Virus record (IMG/VR): IMGVR_UViG_3300037483_000378
Span: 1 to 64,000 of that record
DNA: 64,000 nucleotides
Source of the DNA: a virus
Lineage: Duplodnaviria > Caudoviricetes
Strand: one strand, 5' to 3'
The notes below the pieces were generated by a model. That model was not told the DNA's origin, did not search any database, and saw only the letters and a program-made list of their open reading frames with translations. This document shows, one piece after another, positions 17,244 through 23,017 of the stretch (positions within the stretch are counted from its first letter, which is position 1; every line of letters begins with the position of its first letter). Made by a program: the position numbers and the translations under genes.

Positions 17244-17891
17244 TGAAATCTCTCCCTCTGTTCGCCCGCTGCCGCTGTCGGTCCGGTCCGTGTGGTGCGC
17301 CGTTTTCCCCCTCGCCGCCTCCGTTGCGCTTGTGTGGCTCATTGGCCGCGCGGGCTGTCGCGATTCGTGTGGTGGGGATAGGTCGCCGGGTCCGGCTGTC
17401 GCCGTGGCGTGCGGGCTCCGTCGGGAGTCCCGTGTACCTCTACCGTGCCGCCTCCGCTTCTGCTGCGCCGAACTCCGAAGGCTCATCACCTTCGGCTACT
17501 CGGCGCCTGACGCTTCCTCGCGTGGGGCTCTTCGGTGCCACCGTGTCACGCTGTCGCCGCTTCTTTTGGGGCGCGGCCTCGAAGGCTCTCGAATCCGCCC
17601 GGGGCGTTTGCGTCGGTGGTCTTGTCGTGAGGTTCGCTGCGTACGCAGCGCCGAGTCTCCTGCCCTCGGTCTTGGCCGGTGCCAGCCTATTGGGTCCCGT
17701 CCGACCCTCACCGCCCTGTTTCGCTCGGGCGGCCAGCGGCGGGGTTCCTCTCGTCCGGCATCCCTGGCCGGGGGTCCCGCTTCCTGCCTACAATAATAAT
17801 GGGGGCGCCCCCCAATAGCTAGCCCCATAATCACATTGCGCCGCAACGACTTACGGTCATCGGCCTTTCGCGGAAGTGCCGCATAGGCACG

Positions 17892-17928
17892 AAAAGGTGG
17901 CCACGGCCCCCTATAGTAGTAGGCCACC
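17892..17928 (-). terminator. Probable intrinsic terminator of the tRNA operon
   Basis: GGUGGCC...GGCCACC stem followed by UUUU just after the last tRNA. Confidence 0.55.
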
Positions 17929-17960
17929 GCCCCGGACGGGCCTGGACCACCTGGTCACCA

Positions 17961-18034
17961 TCGGGGCGGCCGGACTCGAACCGGCGACCCTCTGCTCCCA
18001 AAGCAGATGCGCTGCCCAACTGCGCCACGCCCCG
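17961..18034 (-). tRNA. tRNA-Pro(TGG)
   Basis: Manual cloverleaf; loop TT TGG GA. Confidence 0.92.
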
Positions 18035-18042
18035 TCTTTCCA

Positions 18043-18124
18043 TGCGAGCGGGGGGACTCGAACCCCCATGGCCATCGGCCACGAGCTTCTAAGGCTCGCG
18101 CGTCTGCCGTTTCGCCACGCTCGC
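18043..18124 (-). tRNA. tRNA-Leu(TAG)
   Basis: Cloverleaf with variable arm; loop CT TAG AA. Confidence 0.92.
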
Positions 18125-18130
18125 GCGCTC

Positions 18131-18150
18131 ACTCGGGTTTCGTGGTAAGG
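18131..18150. repeat. 20-bp inverted repeat, copy 1 (partner 21954-21973)
   Basis: ACTCGGGTTTCGTGGTAAGG is the exact reverse complement of 21954-21973. Confidence 0.95.
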
Positions 18151-18156
18151 GGAAGA

Positions 18157-18230
18157 TGCCCTCGGCCGGACTCGAACCGGCTGCCTCGCGCTTAGGGGGC
18201 GCGCGCTCTGTCCGGTTGAGCTACGAAGGC
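18157..18230 (-). tRNA. tRNA-Arg(CCT), C33 variant
   Basis: Loop CC CCT AA; overlaps the HNH stop codon. Confidence 0.88.
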
Positions 18231-18823
18231 GTCGGGTCGAACAGCTCCTCGACCGCAGCGCGCGCCTCATCGCCGAGCCGCCCAAGGAATACCTCGGCAC
18301 GCGTCATCGCCCGCGGCTTCCGGCGCAGGTACATCCGTGCCTCAGCCGGCGTGCGGTTGTCCTTCCGCGCGTTGCACGTCGAGCAGGCGGTCACGGTGTT
18401 CTCGTACACGTTGCGCCCGCCGCGTGACTCCGGCGTCACGTGGTCGATGGTGAGGAACTCGCCCGCCGCCGTGAGCCGAATCGTCTCCGTGCCGTAGCGC
18501 ACCATGACGTCACGCCGTCCGTGCCCGCGCGCAAGATCGCTCTCGTGCCGCCCGCAGTACATGCAGCGGTGCCCGTCCCGTAGGTAGACGTTCCCGCGCG
18601 TCCAGGACGCGCGACCGAACACCACCCCTGCGAAGTCAGCGAGCGCCTCAAGCACGATCACGACTGGGGCCGGGACGCGCACGCGGCCGTCCGCATTCCG
18701 GAACACGCGGGTCGGGTGATCCCTCAACGACTGCGCCTTGCCCTCCAAGAGCAGGAGCACCGCGCGGTTGACCGGGATCTCGTCGATCGGCGCGAAGCTC
18801 GGGGCCAATACCAGGGTCTTCAT
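18221..18823 (-). CDS. HNH endonuclease
   Basis: RDGHRCMYCG, TIDHVTP.SRGG, N.VTACSTCNARK. Confidence 0.93.
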   Translation of the reverse strand: MKTLVLAPSFAPIDEIPVNRAVLLLLEGKAQSLRDHPTRVFRNADGRVRVPAPVVIVLEALADFAGVVFGRASWTRGNVYLRDGHRCMYCGRHESDLARGHGRRDVMVRYGTETIRLTAAGEFLTIDHVTPESRGGRNVYENTVTACSTCNARKDNRTPAEARMYLRRKPRAMTRAEVFLGRLGDEARAAVEELFDPTPS

Positions 18824-18887
18824 CTTCGTCTCATCGTGCGATCAGTTGAAGGGTGGAACAGCAGCGCGCACCGTGCGCGCAGGGAAA

Positions 18888-18974
18888 CGGAGCGGGTGGG
18901 ATTCGAACCCACGGGGCGCGAACGCCCTCCGGTTTTCAAGACCGGTGCGATAGGCCGGGCTCTGCCACCGTTCC
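18888..18974 (-). tRNA. tRNA-Ser(TGA)
   Basis: Variable arm; loop CT TGA AA. Confidence 0.9.
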
Positions 18975-18976
18975 AG

Positions 18977-19047
18977 AGATGCCGCCCGGAGTCGAACCGG
19001 GCCTGACGGGTTTGCAGTCCGTCGCCTCGCCGCTCGGCATCGGCACC
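18977..19047 (-). tRNA. tRNA-Cys(GCA)
   Basis: Loop CT GCA AA; U73. Confidence 0.88.
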
Positions 19048-19054
19048 ACGAACA

Positions 19055-19127
19055 AGCGCGCGACGGGTTTCGAACCCGTGGCCTCGAGCTTGGGAAGCTC
19101 GCGCTCTACCGACTGAGCTACGCGCGC
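19055..19127 (-). tRNA. tRNA-Gly(CCC)
   Basis: Loop TT CCC AA; U73. Confidence 0.92.
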
Positions 19128-19131
19128 GAAG

Positions 19132-19212
19132 TGCGTCCGGCAGGACTCGAACCTGCAAGCCAGAAGGCACTCGCTTTTGAGGCGAGCGCGTAGACCATTC
19201 CGCCACGGACGC
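19132..19212 (-). tRNA. tRNA-Leu(CAA)
   Basis: Loop CT CAA AA; variable arm. Confidence 0.92.
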
Positions 19213-19218
19213 AAGAAG

Positions 19219-19303
19219 TGCTGGCGGGGAGACTCGAACTCCCACGGGCCGAAGCCCCGAGCGTTTTTAGGACGCCCACGTCTGCCGGTTCCGCCACGCC
19301 AGC
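19219..19303 (-). tRNA. tRNA-Leu(TAA), C33 variant
   Basis: Loop CC TAA AA; variable arm. Confidence 0.88.
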
Positions 19304-19310
19304 GAAGAAA

Positions 19311-19394
19311 CGGATGGAGCGGGATTCGAACCCGCGCGGGGTCACCCCCAACGCCTTAGCAGGGCGTCGCCTTCAGCCACTCGGCCACCCATCC
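19311..19394 (-). tRNA. tRNA-Ser(GCT)
   Basis: Loop CT GCT AA; variable arm. Confidence 0.92.
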
Positions 19395-19398
19395 AAAG

Positions 19399-19483
19399 TG
19401 CTCGCGCCCGGATTCGAACCGGGATGCCGTCGCCGGCACGGCGCCCTGAACGCCGCGCGTCTGCCAAGTTTCGCCACGCGAGC
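19399..19483 (-). tRNA. tRNA-Leu(CAG)
   Basis: Loop TT CAG GG; variable arm. Confidence 0.92.
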
Positions 19484-19485
19484 AA

Positions 19486-19568
19486 TGCGCACGGAGGGAT
19501 TCGAACCCTCACGCCTCAATGGCACGGCCCCCTCAAGACCGCGTGTCTACCAGCTCCACCACGTGCGC
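19486..19568 (-). tRNA. tRNA-Leu(GAG)
   Basis: Loop TT GAG GG; variable arm. Confidence 0.9.
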
Positions 19569-19578
19569 GCATACCCTA

Positions 19579-19652
19579 CGGCCCCGCCCGGACTCGAACC
19601 GGGAACGACGCGGTTCCAAAGACCGCCGCCTCTGCCATTCGGCCACGGGGCT
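19579..19652 (-). tRNA. tRNA-Gln(TTG)
   Basis: Loop CT TTG GA; A1:C72 mismatch. Confidence 0.85.
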
Positions 19653-19666
19653 CCTACTCTGCGAAG

Positions 19667-19741
19667 TCTGGGGGGTGGGATTCGAACCCACGACCTCCGC
19701 GTCCCGAACGCGGCGCGCTGGCCGGACTGCGCTACTCCCAG
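19667..19741 (-). tRNA. tRNA-Pro(CGG)
   Basis: Loop TT CGG GA. Confidence 0.92.
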
Positions 19742-19748
19742 ATGATGA

Positions 19749-19822
19749 TGGGCCCGCCGGGACTCGAACCCGGGACCGTCGCCTTATGAGGGCGCCGCTC
19801 TACCGGACTGAGCTACGGGCCC
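19749..19822 (-). tRNA. tRNA(CAT), probably Ile2 (lysidine type), otherwise elongator Met
   Basis: GGGCCCG acceptor; loop CT CAT AA. Confidence 0.85.
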
Positions 19823-19827
19823 GAAAA

Positions 19828-19902
19828 TGCCCAGGGAGGGAATCGAACCCCCGGCCTCCTGCTTGTAAGACAGGCGCTCTCCGCTTGCTGAGCTACCCGG
19901 GC
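19828..19902 (-). tRNA. tRNA-Val(TAC)
   Basis: Loop CT TAC AA. Confidence 0.92.
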
Positions 19903-19924
19903 GGTGCTGTCGTGATGAAACCAG

Positions 19925-19999
19925 ACCGAGGAACGGGATTCGAACCCGCGGCCTTCGCCATGGCAAGGCGACGCTCTGGCCGGACTGAGCTATCCTCGG
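19925..19999 (-). tRNA. tRNA-Gly(GCC)
   Basis: Loop TT GCC AT; U73; atypical C1-G72. Confidence 0.85.
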
Positions 20000-20005
20000 A
20001 AGTGA

Positions 20006-20116
20006 GCGTGTTGGGGAACATGCGGCAACGGAGAGCCGGTTGCCCGGCGAGTCCAGGCGATGCCTGGTTGCTTTCGTTATGAGCGAAGTAACCGTCACCT
20101 TTCGCCACCGACACGC
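20006..20116 (-). ncRNA. Non-tRNA structured RNA displaying a CAU anticodon stem-loop
   Basis: Closing stem GCGUGUCGG/CCAACACGC; UUCG-CUCAUAA-CGAA; no T arm. Confidence 0.5.
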
Positions 20117-20117
20117 A

Positions 20118-20191
20118 TAGCGGGAGAGGGATTTGAACCCTCGACCTTCAGCTTATGAGGCTGACGAGCTACCAGGCTGCTCTATCCCGCT
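20118..20191 (-). tRNA. tRNA-Met(CAT), initiator-like body
   Basis: fMet-type D arm GAGCAGCCTGGTAGCTC; loop CT CAT AA; A1-U72; anticodon stem TCAGC. Confidence 0.88.
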
Positions 20192-20197
20192 GATAAA

Positions 20198-20283
20198 TGG
20201 ACCCGGCTGGATTTGAACCAGCGTGCACCACATGGCCTCCCGTTTATCAGACGGGCGCTCTGACCGGACTGAGCTACGGGTCC
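20198..20283 (-). tRNA. tRNA-Ile(GAT) with long variable arm
   Basis: Loop CT GAT AA; 16-nt variable region AGGCCATGTGGTGCAC. Confidence 0.88.
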
Positions 20284-20289
20284 AACTGA

Positions 20290-20675
20290 TGGAGGCGGCG
20301 GGAGTCGAACCCGCGTCCGTTCACGCTTCCAAGTCGTGACTTCTAGTGCGATTGTCGCGTTTCGAGTTTCTCACCCAAACTAACGTCCTCGGATGAGGCG
20401 GGGCTCTCGCGGTGCGCCAGACCTACTACCCCTCCGAAGGGTGAGCCCCCTTCAGGTGGCCTCGTCTTTCCGAGTGCCCATCTGGCTGATCGACGTTCTC
20501 TAAGCGACACCAGAATGATCACGAAGAGAACGGGAGACTTACGCTGCCTTGCGGAGCGGCTCCGAGTTGAGATCGCTGTTCGCGTTTCTCGGTTGTCCTA
20601 GCGCGTTAGCGACTGAGCTAGGATCGTCGCGCACATCACTTCCTTTCCACGAAACGTCGAAACCTTTACGCCCCC
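20290..20675 (-). ncRNA. ssrA: tmRNA; tag (A)ANSDLNSEPLRKAA
   Basis: 5' GGGGGCGTAAAGGTTTCGAC; 3' GACGCGGGTTCGACTCCCGCCGCCTCCA with G3:U pair; tag ORF 20583-20539. Confidence 0.93.
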
Positions 20676-20700
20676 GTTTTTCATTCCCCCCCCCCAACCA

Positions 20701-20772
20701 TGGAGCTGGCGGGGATCGAACCCGCGGCGTCCGCCATGCGAAGACGGCGCTCTCCCTCTGAGCTACAGCCCC
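20701..20772 (-). tRNA. tRNA-Ala(CGC)
   Basis: G3:U70; loop TT CGC AT. Confidence 0.9.
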
Positions 20773-20775
20773 TCA

Positions 20776-20849
20776 AGCCAACGCCCGGCATCGAACCGGG
20801 GACCTTCCGCTTACAAGGCGGGTGCTCTGCCTAGCTGAGCTACGTTGGC
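20776..20849 (-). tRNA. tRNA-Thr(TGT)
   Basis: Loop CT TGT AA. Confidence 0.9.
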
Positions 20850-20856
20850 GCGTTCT

Positions 20857-20929
20857 GCGCGGAACCGGCGACTGTCCCCTCTTCGGTGTCTTTCGACCGT
20901 CCGGTACGGAATGTCCATCCGGTCCGCGC
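20857..20929 (-). ncRNA. Unknown ~73-nt structured RNA inside the tRNA array
   Basis: Closing stem GCGCGGACCGG/CCGGUUCCGCGC; internal GUC-GAAA-GAC. Confidence 0.4.
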
Positions 20930-20934
20930 GTATA

Positions 20935-21021
20935 CGGAGCGGGAAGGATTCGAACCTTCGTGCCCACGTGGGGCTCTCGCTTTCGGGGCGAGCGCGTTTG
21001 GCCTGGCTCCGCCACCGCTCC
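20935..21021 (-). tRNA. tRNA-Ser(CGA), C33 variant
   Basis: Loop CC CGA AA; variable arm; G73. Confidence 0.88.
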
Positions 21022-21028
21022 ATCGAAG

Positions 21029-21101
21029 TTGCCCCACCAGGATTCGAACCTGGAACCTCCGCGTCCAGAGCGCGGCGCGCTGCCAGTTGTGCTATGGGGC
21101 A
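21029..21101 (-). tRNA. tRNA-Gln(CTG)
   Basis: U1-A72; loop CT CTG GA. Confidence 0.9.
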
Positions 21102-21111
21102 ATGTGAAGAA

Positions 21112-21188
21112 GGGTGACCGACGGGATTTGAACCCGCGATCTCCGGGGCCACGGCCCGGCGCTTTCGGCCGACTAAGCTACGATCACC
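21112..21188 (-). tRNA. tRNA-His(GTG), C33 variant
   Basis: G-1:C73; loop CC GTG GC. Confidence 0.88.
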
Positions 21189-21195
21189 ATTGAAG

Positions 21196-21270
21196 TGCGC
21201 CCGGAGGGATTCGAACCCCCGACCTCCTGATCCGTAGTCAGGCGCTCCGTCCAGACTGAGCTACGGGCGC
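21196..21270 (-). tRNA. tRNA-Arg(ACG)
   Basis: Loop CT ACG GA. Confidence 0.93.
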
Positions 21271-21287
21271 AAGGTAGGCACGAGACG

Positions 21288-21360
21288 CGGTCTGACGGAG
21301 CCCCGCCACGGGAGTCGAACCCTGCCGCGCCCCGTGCCATCACGGCCGCCCATGAGACCG
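21288..21360 (-). ncRNA. Degenerate tRNA-like element
   Basis: GGG-UUCGACU-CCC T loop; closing CGGUCU/AGACCG; CCGUG-AUGG-CACGG arm. Confidence 0.35.
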
Positions 21361-21370
21361 ACCGTGTAAA

Positions 21371-21443
21371 AGCTGCGAGCGGGAGTTGAACCCACGACCT
21401 CCTGCTTACGGGGCGGCGCTCTCCCGTGCTGAGCTATCGGAGC
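21371..21443 (-). tRNA. tRNA-Thr(CGT), degenerate/C33 variant
   Basis: Loop CC CGT AA; irregular anticodon stem (CCGC/GCAGG); C:C mismatch in acceptor. Confidence 0.65.
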
Positions 21444-21446
21444 AAG

Positions 21447-21520
21447 TCTGGACGGCGGGACTCGAACCCGCGACCCCTGGTCCCCCAGACCAGTGCGCTA
21501 CCGGGCTGCGCCACGTCCAG
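21447..21520 (-). tRNA. tRNA-Pro(GGG)
   Basis: Loop CT GGG GG. Confidence 0.92.
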
Positions 21521-21525
21521 AAGAG

Positions 21526-21598
21526 TACCCCGAGCGCGACTCGAACGCGCGACCTTCTGCTTCGGAGGCAGACGCTCTGTCCGCTGAGCTATCGGGGC
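21526..21598 (-). tRNA. tRNA-Arg(CCG)
   Basis: Loop CT CCG AA. Confidence 0.92.
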
Positions 21599-21605
21599 GA
21601 AAAAA

Positions 21606-21679
21606 CGGGACCGGAAGGAATCGAACCCTCGACCTCTCGTTCTGGAGACGAGCGCTCTACCAGCGTGAGCTACGGACCC
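21606..21679 (-). tRNA. tRNA-Trp(CCA)
   Basis: Loop CT CCA GA; G73. Confidence 0.9.
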
Positions 21680-21683
21680 GAAG

Positions 21684-21758
21684 TGTGCGCGGACGGAGTT
21701 GAACCGCCGACAACCTGGCTCTTCACGCCAGTGCTCTACCACGCTGAGCTACGCGCAC
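21684..21758 (-). tRNA. tRNA-Phe(GAA)
   Basis: Loop GT GAA GA (atypical G32, G37). Confidence 0.87.
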
Positions 21759-21761
21759 GCA

Positions 21762-21833
21762 TACCCCCACGGGGAATCGAACCCCGGTCGCCACCTTGAA
21801 AGAGTGGTGTCCTGGCCGCTAGACGATGAGGGC
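21762..21833 (-). tRNA. tRNA-Glu(TTC)
   Basis: Loop CT TTC AA. Confidence 0.92.
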
Positions 21834-21840
21834 AAAGGCA

Positions 21841-21913
21841 TACCTCCGGGCGGAATTGAACCGCCGTTCCCGCCGTGAGAGGGCAGCGTCCTGGGCCACT
21901 AGACGACGGAGGC
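21841..21913 (-). tRNA. tRNA-Glu(CTC)
   Basis: Loop CT CTC AC. Confidence 0.92.
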
Positions 21914-21920
21914 ATTGCTG

Positions 21921-21952
21921 GGCATGCCGAGGTGTTCCGGCCTCGGCATGCC
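21921..21952. repeat. Perfect 12-bp hairpin just 5' of the first tRNA
   Basis: GGCATGCCGAGG-N8-CCTCGGCATGCC. Confidence 0.8.
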
Positions 21953-21953
21953 A

Positions 21954-21973
21954 CCTTACCACGAAACCCGAGT
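21954..21973. repeat. 20-bp inverted repeat, copy 2 (partner 18131-18150)
   Basis: CCTTACCACGAAACCCGAGT. Confidence 0.95.
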
Positions 21974-22111
21974 TGTCGATCAGCGCACCCACCTAAGCCA
22001 AGCGCCCCGCCTCCCGTTGCTCGTGGGGGGCGGGGCGCTGGCCCTTCCGCGCTTCCGAGGGTTCGCGCCCGTTACGGCACTCGCCCCCCCCCCGCCATCC
22101 CGGTATTCGGC

Positions 22112-22297
22112 TCATCTGCTTCCGGCTCCATGACGAGACCGGACCAGGGCAGTCGCCCGTGCGACCGTCGCTGGCATGGGCCGAAGACCACGATGACGCG
22201 ACTCGCCGCCGCTCGCCCTGTCGGGCTTGCGGTCCTGCGTGAGCCGGTATGCGTGGCCGTCGCGAGCATCGAGGGCTCTCTCCGTGATGGTGGTCAT
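22112..22297 (-). CDS. Possible 61-aa ORF at the head of the tRNA transcript
   Basis: ATG just downstream of the promoter motif with a GAGG RBS; no recognisable domain. Confidence 0.3.
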   Translation of the reverse strand: MTTITERALDARDGHAYRLTQDRKPDRASGGESRHRGLRPMPATVARATALVRSRHGAGSR

Positions 22298-22314
22298 GCC
22301 TCTGCGTGGGGAGC

Positions 22315-22341
22315 ATAACCCCCCGACGGCCCGGCGTAAAG
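22315..22341 (-). promoter_or_regulatory. Putative phage-sigma promoter CTTTACG-N13-GGGTTAT for the tRNA operon
   Basis: Same motif and spacing as 53444-53470. Confidence 0.7.
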
Positions 22342-22446
22342 TACCGCCACGGCCCCGCCGTCAGGCTTGGGGGCACGATGGGGGCGTCGGGATAGGCTTA
22401 TGCGTGGCCCCCTAACGCCGCACCCCTTTAGGGGGCAGCCCACGCC

Positions 22447-22791
22447 TCACTCGTATCCGGGCTCGACGATGACGGTGAGCCAGCTGCGACCTGGATGCCG
22501 AGTCGTGTCCCCGTCATTCCACGTGGCCAGCACGTAGCACTGATACGTGCCGGGCGCGTCGAACGCGTTACCTCCACCCAGCTTGGCATCCACGGGATCG
22601 AAGACGAGCCCCAGGGTCACGGACGGCGACGGAGTGAGGGCACCAGCAGTGACGTGATTCGCGCTCTCGCCAGCCAACCGCGCGTACAGCACCGCACTCG
22701 TCAGATCATCCAAATTCGCGAGCCCGGTTGCCGAGATCGTGAGTACCAACGGTTCTGTGTCGGCGGGCTTGAGTCGAATCGTGTCAGGCAT
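22447..22791 (-). CDS. BppU-like Ig-fold virion protein
   Basis: IRLKPADT.PL....FD.PGTYQCYV.ATW.DG pattern. Confidence 0.65.
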   Translation of the reverse strand: MPDTIRLKPADTEPLVLTISATGLANLDDLTSAVLYARLAGESANHVTAGALTPSPSVTLGLVFDPVDAKLGGGNAFDAPGTYQCYVLATWNDGDTTRHPGRSWLTVIVEPGYE

Positions 22792-22798
22792 GATTGGT

Positions 22799-23014
22799 CT
22801 AGCTCCATGTCGCTGATCTAGCTGGGTCTATGATGGATGCGGTTCTGAGGGGATCCGTTAGGCTCGCGGCACGGCGCGGATCTACCCAGTCCGCGAGGTA
22901 TGGCGGGAGAATCGATATCACTTCCTGAGCCGCAGCCCACGATGTGTCCGTCCACGTGGCAGCGGCCCATGTACCAGTGGCCCAACACGACCCTGCGGAA
23001 CCAGGGAACGGCAT
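22799..23014 (-). CDS. Small hypothetical protein with TW and DP.R.AS repeats
   Basis: Fills the gap between structural genes. Confidence 0.45.
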   Translation of the reverse strand: MPFPGSAGSCWATGTWAAATWTDTSWAAAQEVISILPPYLADWVDPRRAASLTDPLRTASIIDPARSATWS

Positions 23015-23017
23015 GGC

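Noticed and set aside
16758-17927. ORF-track proteins 16758-17489 (full length) and 17496-17927
   Set aside because: Low-complexity R/G/P-rich translations running through a tRNA-like element and a terminator; only the part from ATG 17090 has an RBS and protein-like composition
20857-20929. Theta/HDV-like or hammerhead ribozyme after tRNA-Ser
   Set aside because: The 5' and 3' ends pair with each other, unlike the HDV nested pseudoknot, and there is no CUGANGA/GAAA core
17961-21913. Regular ~80-nt periodicity with a recurring TTCGA motif resembling a CRISPR array
   Set aside because: The repeats are tRNA T-loops and D-arms; each unit folds as a tRNA; no cas genes
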